Shown piece after piece: positions 25,838 to 35,062 of a stretch of DNA of 35,334 bases. Location: IMG/VR virus record IMGVR_UViG_2778261179_000021, positions 1 through 35,334 of that record, one strand, 5' to 3'. A program made the position numbers and the translations under genes. A model generated the notes under the pieces. That model was not told the DNA's origin and made no database searches. It saw only the letters and a program-made list of their open reading frames with translations. The first letter of the stretch is position 1. Every line of letters begins with the position of its first letter. The DNA is from a virus (taxonomy: Duplodnaviria > Heunggongvirae > Uroviricota > Caudoviricetes).

Positions 25838-28800
25838 TGGGATTTGAAATATTGGTAGGCGCGGTTATTGCTGGTGCGTCTGCTGGGATGGCTGCTGCTG
25901 CAACATTTTCTGTTATGACCGCAGTCGCTATCGGTATGGCTGCTGGTGCAATGACCTTGATCGCTTCCACTGTAGGCGCACCAAAAACACCTAAAGTACA
26001 AAGCCCAGATAATGCGGTGACACTAGGAACATCAAACGATCCGAAAGCGGTGATACCAGTCGTTTTCGGTACTACCCGCACTGGCACAAACTGTGTTTAC
26101 AAAGCAGTTTCTAAGCAAGAAAACAATAAGCTAGTGCAAATCTTCTCTGTAGCCGAGGGTGAAATCGACCATTACAAAGCACTCTTTATTGATAATAAAA
26201 ATGTTCTTGTTGGTAAGAACATGACGATCCGTGATGGTATTCTCGATAAGGGCAACATTAAAGAAGAATATCGTAAAGTATTAGAAGTCGAGTTCCGCAC
26301 GGGCAAGAATCCTAACACCGCTTTGTCGCTGGCAAAACGTCATTTAGGATCAGACTGGACCGACGCTTTCAAGGGTAACGGCATTGCAACCATGTGTATT
26401 GTGTTGCGTCGTGATGACAAATCTCTTGCTGCTGGTGTTGATATTCTCCAGCCAAATAGCCAGGTAGCAGTAGACGTTTGCGGGTTAAAGATTCGTAACC
26501 TTGAAACCAATGCTATTGAGGCTAGCACTAACGGCGTGGACCAGATTTTCCACTACCTAACAAATGAAAAATATGGTTTATCAGTACCAATTGAAAACAT
26601 CAACGTTGATTCATTCCTGAAAGTACGTAAACAAGTACGCCAGATGGACCTACATTCAAACGGTGCATGTGATCCGAACGCCAGCTTTAAAGAGAACTTG
26701 ACCAGTCTTATGCAGACTTTCGGCGGGGTGATGTTCGAATCCTTTGGACGTATTACGCTGAAACTGGATGCTCCTGATATTGTTAAGCATACCTTCAATG
26801 AAGACAATATCATGATGGGTAAGGTATCACTGAAAACAGGTGGCACTAACGGTTATTTCAATACCATTAACGCAATGTATCAGGAACCATCAATCGACTA
26901 TTCAGAGCAAATGCTACGTTATCCGGCTGATGCTGAAAACGATGCTACTGTTCGCGCAGATGGTCGAATTATTGCTAAGGATGTAGAATATCGTTTCGTT
27001 AAGTCTAAAGACCAGATTGATAAACTAGCGAGCATTGAACGAAATAAATCTCGTATCACTCAGGTTATCAGCTTTATGACTACTGACGCATTCACTGCCG
27101 AAGTATGGGACGTTATCAGCGTAACCTATGATGAATTGAAGCTGAATAATTCCTTATGGCGTATTACTGCAATTGATCGCTCGATTGATTCTGGTATTGC
27201 TGGGATGATGACTATCACCGCTACAGAATATAATTCTCAGGTTTATACTGACCTGAACTATGCGGCTAACCCAGACAATAGACCAAGTGGTTTACCGGAT
27301 TCAATGACAGTACAGAAGCCTACTAATTTCAGAATTAAGGCAACTGGCGAGACGATTTACGGTAAAAACGTTACTTTGACATGGGATGCACCGGAAGATT
27401 TTAACCGCTACGGCTTCCAGATTGATTACCGTGTAAGCGGATCACCTAACTGGATTAAGTTGGGACAGACTTCACAGCAAATTTTCAGTGTCAATGCACT
27501 GGCAAAAGATCGTTCCTACGATTACCGAGTTTGTGCTTTCGGTATCATCGCGAGATCCGATTGGGTAGAACTGGTTAACCAGAATCCTACCGTTACCTAT
27601 GAATTGCCGACTCCGGTTATTCGAATCAAAAATCAGGGTAGCACGCCAGGAACTTTCGAAGGCAATGATCTGATTATCGAATGGGAAAATCAGCAACAAT
27701 TAGATGTTGAGATCAACGGTGAAACTAACAAGTTTAGTGACCTGTTTGAAGCATACATTATCAAGGTGACTAACAAGGCTGGTAAGTCTATTCAGTACCG
27801 TACCCGCGATCCTGAATCATGGACTTATACGCTTGATATGAACCAATTTAACGGCCTTTCGCGTCAACTGACGGTAGAAGTATCAGCTAAGGGCTATAAC
27901 AACTCAGAGAGCGCCCCAGCGCGTTTAGTGGCTATCAACCCACAACATAAGCCAATGAAAGGTTTTAGTGCGCGTGGTGGCTTTAATACTGCGTTTGTTA
28001 GCTGGGCAGATGACGTAGAACATGACTATGCAGGGTCAATCATCCAGTATGCAACCGATAACACTTTCTCAGATGCAAGGGCAGTAAGCACGAATAGTGT
28101 TAGCCATACTTCCTTTGATATTGCAGACGGTGATTATTATATCCGTGGTGCTCACTACGATATTTTCGGTATGGATGATGCTGTTTGGTCTGAACCGTAT
28201 TTCATGTCTATGAAGTCTACGATTAGTTGGGACGATCAGGACAAAGAAGCACTGGAAGACCTTATTGGTTTACAAGATCGCTTAGATGAAACCATCGCGG
28301 ATGCTATTGCTCAAGCTGGCGCTAATGCCGATGCTAAAATTGATGCAATGCATAAGCAAATCACTACCGAGACGGGTAAAACTGTTCAAGCCTCAGCCGA
28401 TACTTTAAAGAGTCTGATTGCTTCTGGTGATAAGGCAAGTTCAACTAAGATTGATCAGGTTAAAGCTGAACTGAAAGGCGATATCACCAAAGAAGTTAGC
28501 GCCTCCGCTACAACCCTGAAACAAGCTATTGCTACCAGTGAAGCAGCAAGCGCAAGTAAGATTGACCAAGTTCGGGTAGAAATGGATGGCAAGATTGCTG
28601 GTGTGAATCAGGAAGCGGACGTTAAGATCGATGCTTTGAAGGGAACCATTAACAGCAAATACAATCTAGCAGTTAATGCAGATGGTCGCGTGGCTGGCAT
28701 TCACATGAGCGCAACTAACGATCCGGCACAACCGACTAAAATCATCTTTACGGCTGATAAAATTGCTGTAGCTCCGCAGAACGGGACCGATGTTTGCCCG

Positions 28801-29613
28801 TTTGGTATCGAAGGTAACAAGGTTTATCTCGATAATGCGATGATTCGTAATGCTGCAATTGGTACAGCCCAGATTAATGATGCGGCAATTACTACCGCTA
28901 AGATCGGCAATGCTGCAATTAACAGCGCGAAGATTCAGGACGGGGCAATCACTAACGCCAAGATCGTAAACGGTGCTATTGATAATGCCAAAATTGGTAA
29001 CTATATCCAGTCTTCCAACTGGAACGGATCTACCGGATGGCATATCAACAAGAACGGGTCCGCTACGTTCATGAACGCTACCGTTAAAGGTAATATCACG
29101 GCTGATTCTGGTACTCTGAACAACGTCACGATTAACTCTAGCTGTGTTATTAAGGGGATGCTTGAAGCTACTCAGGTTAAGGGTGATTTCGTTAAGGTGA
29201 TTGGTCGTAAGTTCCCGCACCGTGATGTTAACGTTGATAATGGTTATGCTGGCTATCCACAGGGTACGGTCACTGTTCGCGTTGAAGATGATCACAAGTT
29301 CGACCGTCAAATCGTTATTCCGGCAATTAGTTTTGGTGGATTGCGAGCGCGTGAAGGATCGAACAATAATACCTATTACGACACCTGTCGCCTGATTGTT
29401 CGTAAGAATGGGTCAGAGTTGTATAATAGGGCGTATGGCGGTAATACTGGTCTTTACTCTGGTGTTATTGATATGCCAGCGGGTAAAGGTGCTGTGACCT
29501 TGACCTTTGAAGTGCAATCAAGCGCAATCAACAACTGGACGCCTAGCACATGGATCAGTGATTTAACTGTAATGGTAACTAAAAAAGCCACTACGGGTAT
29601 TACTGTTTCTTAA
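25837..29613 (+). CDS. central tail fibre / host specificity protein (lambda J-like), possibly with a fused gpI-like N-terminal segment
   Basis: 1258 aa; N-terminal hydrophobic glycine/alanine-rich segment; fibronectin-III-like region (…NVTLTWDAPEDF…YDYRVCAFG…); C-terminal repeats NAAIGTAQINDAAITTAKIGNAAINSAKIQDGAITNAKIVNGAIDNAKIGN typical of J-type fibres. Confidence 0.8.
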   Translation: MGFEILVGAVIAGASAGMAAAATFSVMTAVAIGMAAGAMTLIASTVGAPKTPKVQSPDNAVTLGTSNDPKAVIPVVFGTTRTGTNCVYKAVSKQENNKLVQIFSVAEGEIDHYKALFIDNKNVLVGKNMTIRDGILDKGNIKEEYRKVLEVEFRTGKNPNTALSLAKRHLGSDWTDAFKGNGIATMCIVLRRDDKSLAAGVDILQPNSQVAVDVCGLKIRNLETNAIEASTNGVDQIFHYLTNEKYGLSVPIENINVDSFLKVRKQVRQMDLHSNGACDPNASFKENLTSLMQTFGGVMFESFGRITLKLDAPDIVKHTFNEDNIMMGKVSLKTGGTNGYFNTINAMYQEPSIDYSEQMLRYPADAENDATVRADGRIIAKDVEYRFVKSKDQIDKLASIERNKSRITQVISFMTTDAFTAEVWDVISVTYDELKLNNSLWRITAIDRSIDSGIAGMMTITATEYNSQVYTDLNYAANPDNRPSGLPDSMTVQKPTNFRIKATGETIYGKNVTLTWDAPEDFNRYGFQIDYRVSGSPNWIKLGQTSQQIFSVNALAKDRSYDYRVCAFGIIARSDWVELVNQNPTVTYELPTPVIRIKNQGSTPGTFEGNDLIIEWENQQQLDVEINGETNKFSDLFEAYIIKVTNKAGKSIQYRTRDPESWTYTLDMNQFNGLSRQLTVEVSAKGYNNSESAPARLVAINPQHKPMKGFSARGGFNTAFVSWADDVEHDYAGSIIQYATDNTFSDARAVSTNSVSHTSFDIADGDYYIRGAHYDIFGMDDAVWSEPYFMSMKSTISWDDQDKEALEDLIGLQDRLDETIADAIAQAGANADAKIDAMHKQITTETGKTVQASADTLKSLIASGDKASSTKIDQVKAELKGDITKEVSASATTLKQAIATSEAASASKIDQVRVEMDGKIAGVNQEADVKIDALKGTINSKYNLAVNADGRVAGIHMSATNDPAQPTKIIFTADKIAVAPQNGTDVCPFGIEGNKVYLDNAMIRNAAIGTAQINDAAITTAKIGNAAINSAKIQDGAITNAKIVNGAIDNAKIGNYIQSSNWNGSTGWHINKNGSATFMNATVKGNITADSGTLNNVTINSSCVIKGMLEATQVKGDFVKVIGRKFPHRDVNVDNGYAGYPQGTVTVRVEDDHKFDRQIVIPAISFGGLRAREGSNNNTYYDTCRLIVRKNGSELYNRAYGGNTGLYSGVIDMPAGKGAVTLTFEVQSSAINNWTPSTWISDLTVMVTKKATTGITVS

Positions 29614-29632
29614 AAATTTAATTTTAATAATT

Positions 29633-29673
29633 AATCCCGCTTAATTCTTTTGAGTTAGGCGGGATTATTTTTA
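29633..29673 (+). terminator. putative intrinsic terminator after the J-like gene
   Basis: AATCCCGC ... GCGGGATT 8-bp stem with a long (18-nt) loop followed by a T-rich run. Confidence 0.4.
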
Positions 29674-29717
29674 TCTAAATAATTCTGCCATGAAATTATA
29701 AAAATATCGGGGGCGTA

Positions 29718-29996
29718 ATGACTGAAATTATATATGGCGGTATCGGTGTTATCGCCTTAATTTGCGGTGGTCTTTGGAGACTTCACCGAAATCAATTAGC
29801 AACTGAAAATAGATTGTCGAAATTGGAATCCAGCGACGCATTGTTAAACCAGAAGTTTGAGACGATGCAGAACAACCATACTCAGATTGCTGAACGTGTT
29901 TACCAAATGGAACAAACACTACACGGTATAGAGAAGAAAGTGGTTGCGATGGACGCCAAATTTGACCAAGTTCTCGACATACTCAAACAAAAATAA
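29718..29996 (+). CDS. membrane protein with one N-terminal TM helix and a coiled-coil tail (holin- or i-spanin-like)
   Basis: GGGGG RBS; 92 aa; IIYGGIGVIALICGGLW TM segment followed by a heptad-like helical region. Confidence 0.45.
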   Translation: MTEIIYGGIGVIALICGGLWRLHRNQLATENRLSKLESSDALLNQKFETMQNNHTQIAERVYQMEQTLHGIEKKVVAMDAKFDQVLDILKQK

Positions 29997-30014
29997 TAAT
30001 AAAGGGGTGAATAT

Positions 30015-30185
30015 ATGAAGAATAAACTTAAGAAATATTTTGGTTATCTCTTGATTGTCGCCCTCACTTATAACGTAGCTATTAGACCTCTGCTAACGTC
30101 CTTTGGGCTTGAACTCCCGGCTATGACCGTGGATGAACAATTGCTAAGGACACTGGCGGGGGTCTTTTCGTTATTAGGGGGCTAA
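30015..30185 (+). CDS. small putative membrane protein (56 aa)
   Basis: AAAGGGG RBS; hydrophobic segment YFGYLLIVALTYNVAI; stop is 1 nt before the next start; absent from the track because shorter than 60 aa. Confidence 0.35.
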   Translation: MKNKLKKYFGYLLIVALTYNVAIRPLLTSFGLELPAMTVDEQLLRTLAGVFSLLGG

Positions 30186-30186
30186 C

Positions 30187-30870
30187 ATGGCAACCAGTAC
30201 CAATAAACGAAACGCTCTAAGGACTAAGAAAGCGTTACGGCAATGGTCTGAAAAGGCAACCGATACATTCGAAAGGGCACTAGGGGAAGGGGCGATCTTT
30301 GCTTCCAGAGCACTCCAGAAGAAGATTAACAAGAATGTTGATAGACCTACTCGCTGGACTCAGCAAGCTGTAGGTAATACCAACTACAAGAACCGATCAG
30401 GGACGAGACACCAAATCTTCATCAAGGGCGCAAGGGATAAGGACAAGAAGATCGGCAGTCAGGATGACTATCTGAAACACTATTTCGATGGGGGCAAAAT
30501 CAATAAGCTAGTTCCAATCGCCAACGGTAAGGTCTTAGACGCCCACGGGAACATTAAGGCCATCAAAGGCGGTAAGATGATGCGTAACATCGAAAATGGC
30601 AACTTCATCAAGGTAGAGAACCAGGAAGGGACTTTTATCATGAAGAAGTACAAGCCTAAGAAATCCCGAACCAAACGCGCTAAGAATGGATCGGCGGTGG
30701 CAAAACGTCGCTTAGAGAAACGCATACAGAAACAGAGTAAGCGAATCGTTGCCGTTAAATCGGATAAAATTTCTACTCGTTATTCGACGCTAGGATCGTG
30801 GGAAAGCAACGAAGCAATGATGCTTGAAAACATCAATAAGCACATTAAATCGCGCATGAAATACGTTTAA
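30187..30870 (+). CDS. lysine/arginine-rich basic protein (227 aa), function unknown
   Basis: AGGGGG RBS; highly basic composition (…KKYKPKKSRTKRAKNGSAVAKRRLEKRIQKQSKR…). Confidence 0.6.
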   Translation: MATSTNKRNALRTKKALRQWSEKATDTFERALGEGAIFASRALQKKINKNVDRPTRWTQQAVGNTNYKNRSGTRHQIFIKGARDKDKKIGSQDDYLKHYFDGGKINKLVPIANGKVLDAHGNIKAIKGGKMMRNIENGNFIKVENQEGTFIMKKYKPKKSRTKRAKNGSAVAKRRLEKRIQKQSKRIVAVKSDKISTRYSTLGSWESNEAMMLENINKHIKSRMKYV

Positions 30871-30908
30871 TCAATAAATACCCTCATAGAATCTTATGGG
30901 GGTATAAC

Positions 30909-31256
30909 ATGGCTAAAAATATTTTCACTGAATTTCCTACTTATCCGGTCGATCAGCTTTCCGGTATTTTTATTAATGGCATTAGCCCAGAATCAATGAC
31001 CTATGATTTTGAGGCGAAGAGAGTTAAACATAAACAATATAAAGAATGTATCCGCGATCATGAAAAAGGGACCGTGTTTTGTGTCGCTACATTGGCTAAA
31101 CGTCCTAAGTATCGTTTTCGTGTCGGGCAAGAAGTCGATGTAGTTAATCCTTATAGCTTTAATTGTCTGGGCGATGCACGCGCGGTGTGTGTAGGTACTG
31201 CTCCTTATTATATCAAGGGTATGCGCTTTATTGGTTATATCTTCGAAATGATCTAA
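30909..31256 (+). CDS. hypothetical protein (115 aa)
   Basis: GGGGG RBS; no TM segment or recognisable motif. Confidence 0.6.
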   Translation: MAKNIFTEFPTYPVDQLSGIFINGISPESMTYDFEAKRVKHKQYKECIRDHEKGTVFCVATLAKRPKYRFRVGQEVDVVNPYSFNCLGDARAVCVGTAPYYIKGMRFIGYIFEMI

Positions 31257-31265
31257 GGGGGTAAT

Positions 31266-31619
31266 ATGTTAAGCAAACATTTTTCTCGCAAGGAATTTAA
31301 ATGTAAATGCGGAAAATGTGATTATGATACAATCGACGCTGAATTACTGGTAATTCTTGAGGATGTACGAGAGCACTTCGGTAAACCAGTGATTATTAAC
31401 AGTGGCAACCGTTGCCCGACTCATAACAAGAATGTAGGCGGGGCAGCCAATAGCTATCACGTTCGAGGCCGTGCGGCTGACATTGTTATCAAGGGTGTCT
31501 CACCTGATATTGTTCATGCTTATCTTGATGGGAAATATCCTACTCAATACGGCTTAGGAAAATATAAAACATTTACGCATATCGATTCCAGATCAAAAAA
31601 ATCACGGTGGAATGGATAA
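31266..31619 (+). CDS. endolysin, peptidase M15-type zinc peptidase (cell-wall peptidase)
   Basis: AAGGGGG RBS; 117 aa; motif …IINSGNRCPTHNKNVGGAANSYHVRGRAADIVIKG…THIDSR fits the His/Asp/His zinc site of M15-family peptidoglycan peptidases. Confidence 0.75.
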   Translation: MLSKHFSRKEFKCKCGKCDYDTIDAELLVILEDVREHFGKPVIINSGNRCPTHNKNVGGAANSYHVRGRAADIVIKGVSPDIVHAYLDGKYPTQYGLGKYKTFTHIDSRSKKSRWNG

Positions 31620-31621
31620 AA

Positions 31622-31650
31622 CAAAAGCGCCTCTGGTGGGCGCTTTTTTG
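31622..31650 (+). terminator. intrinsic terminator ending the rightward late/lysis transcript
   Basis: AGCGCC-TCTGGTG-GGCGCT hairpin followed by TTTTT, immediately after the endolysin stop. Confidence 0.7.
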
Positions 31651-31828
31651 TTAGAATATGCTGGCGACGTTAGCTATATTTCTGACCATTTTTTCATTAT
31701 AGACAAATATACCGCAGACGATAAAGTCGTTTTTGACGAAGTAGATCCGTCTCTGGTTGAAGTAATGAAAGAACCGGAAGACCTAGAGTTTGATTTAAGC
31801 CAATTATAGACTCTCTAACGCAATTAAA

Positions 31829-31853
31829 TTAAAAAGGGGTACGGATGTACCCC
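31829..31853 (-). terminator. intrinsic terminator ending the leftward recombinase operon
   Basis: GGGGTAC-GGAT-GTACCCC hairpin preceded on the + strand by AAAAA (T-run on the minus strand). Confidence 0.6.
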
Positions 31854-31891
31854 TTAAAGCGTTTGGTTCGTTATACGGCGATTTAGGCCGC

Positions 31892-32149
31892 CTATGATTT
31901 ATTTTCTTGTTCTATGAAAATCTTTCTCACCTCATCAGAATAAATGTCTAGTGATTCCTCATAACATTTTCTGTATTCACCGTAATTACTGGTGGTCTTT
32001 TGACATAGCAATTTCAATGTCTTATGTGCTCCATCAATGAAAGCATCTTCTCTATAGGTTAGCGGTCTACGCATTTCTTGGTCTACGGTTGCCAATGCCA
32101 AGCAAGAATTCATAGATAAAATCAAACCTAAAATCTTAATCATCTTCAT
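31892..32149 (-). CDS. small secreted protein (85 aa, signal peptide, two cysteines)
   Basis: ATG at 32149 (track start is an upstream TTG); MKMIKILGLILSMNSCLALA signal-like N-terminus; start is 3 nt from the recombinase stop, suggesting translational coupling. Confidence 0.5.
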   Translation of the reverse strand: MKMIKILGLILSMNSCLALATVDQEMRRPLTYREDAFIDGAHKTLKLLCQKTTSNYGEYRKCYEESLDIYSDEVRKIFIEQENKS

Positions 32150-32153
32150 TAGC

Positions 32154-33833
32154 TTAAATTCCAAATTCTTGTAATGGACCTGGTATTTCTTCTTCTGGTT
32201 TCCAGTTCTTATCTGTCAGCATGTCTAAACATGGATGCAGAACAAGCCCGTTACTCTCCAGAATCTGCCTATCATTGATAGTCTTCAAATCAACGAAGAT
32301 CCGGCCTTTCCTCGGTCCTCTTGAATTTTCTATTACAACTCTCTGGGTCTTGCCATCGATGTATTCCAGTACAAACAAGTTTTTGTACTTGTCAATCCTG
32401 CTACACCCGATCCGTTTTAGAGCTTGCTTAATCTTAAACCGGACCTTAATGCGATCCTCGTTGTAAACATCTTCTAAATCAAATTCTACGAGCTTCTCCC
32501 AGCCTTGAGAGTCAACAGAATACATTTCCTCTTCTGCCATCTTAATTTGATTGTAGAGTGTTTCACGCTCGCTATTGAGGGTAGTAATCTGATCGGCTAG
32601 CTCCTTCGTTGCTCCTGTCATAGCAGAAAGGGTAATCAGGTTATCAATCTTGCGTGATATTTCATCAATCTGTACTTTCAAAGCCGGAACCGGATTAGCC
32701 TTATCTTCAGCAATCCAGATTTTATCAGCCAGCAATTGCAATACAGCTTTCTCTAATTGGTCGCCGCGAAAACTCCAGTTTGTATGCACACATTCAATAC
32801 GACTAGAGCGCATTGCATCGCATGAATAACGATATTGGTTAGGCCGTCTGTTTGTTCCTTTCACCTTAACCATAGCGGAACCGCAATGTTCACATTTCAA
32901 TAGACCAACACCACTAAGCAAGGGAATAGGTTTAACTTCTTCTTTGTCTCCAAAGTTACATGCTCTAACACCAATGCTTTTCTTAAGGTGATAAAACTCA
33001 GCGTCATCTAGCACACGAGGATAATAATCCTTTAACTCATACTTAACGCCATCTACAGAGATTTCCTTGATACCAATCAAAGCGCGGGTATGGAACAACC
33101 TTTCAATCATTGCCCGTGACCAGTTTGAATGCCTCTTGTGACTTGCGGCTGGTGGTGGTGTGTATGTCGCGTTAAGGTGATCCAGTATCTCGGCGGTTGA
33201 CCGTCCATTCCTGCGTAATTCCACAACTTCCTGAACAATAGGGAAGAAGACCGGATGAGGAAGCACATAACCAGATGTGGTATCAGTCCACCACATATTC
33301 TTTCCAATTTCCTCGATTGCAACAGCCGGATTTTGTGGATTTTCTTGATGAGCTTTAATCTTAATCAGTGCGCTTGAGTTAGTACGATTGCGCTTAGTCT
33401 GGCTTTCCTCATTACCACGGATGAATAAAAGGATGGAGAACATCAGGTCCATCGGGTTAGCGGTAACAGTATCCAGCGAGTAGATCTTGTTATCCATGCC
33501 AGTAACAATGGTTATCCCCCTACGGATGATTGAAAGGAATAACTCCTGCGCACTGACAATATCGGCACGGGATAAACGGTCCAAGTTTTCGATGAATAGC
33601 CAGCTACCAACAGGAACGGATCTACCTATTGCATCAAGGAAACGAGATAGCGCCCCTGTTTTGGAGTTAGCACCCTTAAACGCAGATACACCCAGATCCT
33701 GATAATCATTTACCAGTTCAAGGTCATACTTTACCGCAATCTCTCTAGCCATCCTGATTTGTCGTTCATAACTCGAACCATCATTCTGACGCATAGACGA
33801 GAAGCGAATATACGAATACAGTTTAGTTTTCAT
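32154..33833 (-). CDS. large serine recombinase (probable integrase)
   Basis: 559 aa from ATG 33833 (track start is an upstream TTG); N-terminal resolvase-type catalytic domain with YIRFSSMRQ (serine nucleophile) and …ENLDRLSR…; C-terminal extension with zinc-ribbon-like cysteines (CEHCGS…YRYSCD) and a coiled coil. Confidence 0.9.
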   Translation of the reverse strand: MKTKLYSYIRFSSMRQNDGSSYERQIRMAREIAVKYDLELVNDYQDLGVSAFKGANSKTGALSRFLDAIGRSVPVGSWLFIENLDRLSRADIVSAQELFLSIIRRGITIVTGMDNKIYSLDTVTANPMDLMFSILLFIRGNEESQTKRNRTNSSALIKIKAHQENPQNPAVAIEEIGKNMWWTDTTSGYVLPHPVFFPIVQEVVELRRNGRSTAEILDHLNATYTPPPAASHKRHSNWSRAMIERLFHTRALIGIKEISVDGVKYELKDYYPRVLDDAEFYHLKKSIGVRACNFGDKEEVKPIPLLSGVGLLKCEHCGSAMVKVKGTNRRPNQYRYSCDAMRSSRIECVHTNWSFRGDQLEKAVLQLLADKIWIAEDKANPVPALKVQIDEISRKIDNLITLSAMTGATKELADQITTLNSERETLYNQIKMAEEEMYSVDSQGWEKLVEFDLEDVYNEDRIKVRFKIKQALKRIGCSRIDKYKNLFVLEYIDGKTQRVVIENSRGPRKGRIFVDLKTINDRQILESNGLVLHPCLDMLTDKNWKPEEEIPGPLQEFGI

Positions 33834-33846
33834 ACCATTTCCAAAC

Positions 33847-33882
33847 AAAAACGCCCCTACCGCGTATTATAACGATAGGGGC
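33847..33882 (-). terminator. putative intrinsic terminator between the secreted-protein gene and the recombinase
   Basis: GCCCCTA ... TAGGGGC 7-bp stem with 16-nt loop, preceded on the + strand by AAAAA. Confidence 0.35.
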
Positions 33883-33896
33883 TAGGTGATTAAAGA

Positions 33897-34316
33897 TTAA
33901 AGAATTTCACGGCAGCTAATCAGGGAATAAGACGTATCACCTTTTTTAACATCAAATATAGGCGCACCATCTACAGAATGCAGATATTTGATGTAGGATT
34001 TACCATCTTCGGAACCATAATATTCTTCTTTCTCGTTCTTATCTTCTTTCAGTTTTGGGCTTTTGATTGTTTTATCAAATACCGGATCGTTGAAAGCAAA
34101 TTGACTATTATCATCATTCACTCGAACCTTTACACCGATAAAACCACGGTATTTGCCAGACGGCGCATGATAATAACGATCGCCATCACTCAGGTAGCGT
34201 GTATCATCTCCTTTATATTCGAAGTAGGAATTGCACACATAATAGGTATAGGTATTAGCATTCGCAGCACCAACCAAACCCAGAGCAAGAACAACACCAG
34301 CGATAATCTTTTTCAT
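33897..34316 (-). CDS. secreted hypothetical protein (139 aa, signal peptide)
   Basis: ATG at 34316 with AAGAGGA RBS; MKKIIAGVVLALGLVGAANA signal peptide; Tyr/Asp/Lys-rich mature region. Confidence 0.6.
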   Translation of the reverse strand: MKKIIAGVVLALGLVGAANANTYTYYVCNSYFEYKGDDTRYLSDGDRYYHAPSGKYRGFIGVKVRVNDDNSQFAFNDPVFDKTIKSPKLKEDKNEKEEYYGSEDGKSYIKYLHSVDGAPIFDVKKGDTSYSLISCREIL

Positions 34317-34361
34317 AGTAGAATTTCCTCTTGTTGTTTGAATTACGATATATTTATATCA

Positions 34362-34484
34362 TTAAAAGTTAATGCTAATAATCAGACCAAACACAACCGC
34401 ACCAATCAAATCAATCCAGTTAATACACAGCGAATATTCTTTCTTGAATGTCTTAGATGAAATGCCATCATGAAATTGTTTCAT
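34362..34484 (-). CDS. small hydrophobic peptide (40 aa)
   Basis: GGGGTGAG RBS 5 nt upstream of ATG at 34484; MKQFHDGISSKTFKKEYSLCINWIDLIGAVVFGLIISINF with a C-terminal TM-like segment; absent from the track. Confidence 0.35.
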   Translation of the reverse strand: MKQFHDGISSKTFKKEYSLCINWIDLIGAVVFGLIISINF

Positions 34485-34487
34485 TGC

Positions 34488-34568
34488 TCACCCCATACTA
34501 ACGACAATATAAGAAAGACTAATCATGGTTGTGAGACTACCTCCCACGAATGAGATAAAAGCTAACAT
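34488..34568 (-). CDS. small hydrophobic peptide (26 aa)
   Basis: GGAG RBS 9 nt upstream of ATG at 34568; MLAFISFVGGSLTTMISLSYIVVSMG; its stop lies 3 nt before the next micro-ORF start. Confidence 0.3.
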   Translation of the reverse strand: MLAFISFVGGSLTTMISLSYIVVSMG

Positions 34569-34583
34569 GTTTGATTCTCCATT

Positions 34584-34610
34584 TAAAAAGCGGTGGGAAT
34601 TACACCCACC
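34584..34610 (-). terminator. intrinsic terminator downstream of the 145-aa gene
   Basis: GGTGGG-AATTACA-CCCACC hairpin; on the minus strand it is followed by GCTTTTT. Confidence 0.5.
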
Positions 34611-34624
34611 AAATTAGAAATTAA

Positions 34625-35062
34625 TTAAGCGCGAACGATGGTCAGAGTATCCAGCAAACCTTTTTCGTATAATTCGAAACACGTTTTATATTGCTCAATC
34701 TTCCAACCGTAGCGGGTGATCTTATTCAGTAGAATAATCACGGTATTCTCATCTAGGTATTGTCCTTGCTTACCAATTACATATGACTCGCGGGATAGTC
34801 TCAGCTTACGGAAACCTTTAACACCTAATTCCTTAGCCACCGCTTTAACCTCGTTAATCTCACCTTCTGCGGCTACATATTCAGCGTCGATAATCTCAGT
34901 TGATGATCTCAGTGCTACCAGAACTAAGGCCATTGCTTCTTCTTCGGTACGAGCAACACCAGCTTTCTCGAAAGTCATCTCACCAAATTTACGAGTCATA
35001 ATATTGAACATTGTCTGTATTCCGTTTAAATCGGCGGGAATAGTACCCGCCAAATTAGACAT
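34625..35062 (-). CDS. hypothetical protein (145 aa)
   Basis: ATG at 35062 overlapping the upstream stop (TAATG coupling); no recognisable motif. Confidence 0.6.
   Translation of the reverse strand: MSNLAGTIPADLNGIQTMFNIMTRKFGEMTFEKAGVARTEEEAMALVLVALRSSTEIIDAEYVAAEGEINEVKAVAKELGVKGFRKLRLSRESYVIGKQGQYLDENTVIILLNKITRYGWKIEQYKTCFELYEKGLLDTLTIVRA

Noticed and set aside
31612-31809. Track ORF (65 aa) overlapping the endolysin stop
   Set aside because: Its 5' end contains a strong intrinsic terminator (AGCGCC…GGCGCT plus T5) and it lies in the convergent terminator zone; it is unlikely to be translated.
31892-32149. Lipoprotein (o-spanin or Llp/Cor-like exclusion lipoprotein) call for the 85-aa secreted protein
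   Set aside because: The residues before the only early cysteine (LSMNSC) do not form a canonical lipobox; a signal-peptidase-I type secreted protein is more consistent, so the lipoprotein call is not supported.
33978-34460. Track + strand ORF (160 aa) overlapping the secreted-protein gene
   Set aside because: Starts without an RBS, is isoleucine/phenylalanine-rich low complexity, and is antisense to a minus-strand gene with a signal peptide and a strong RBS.
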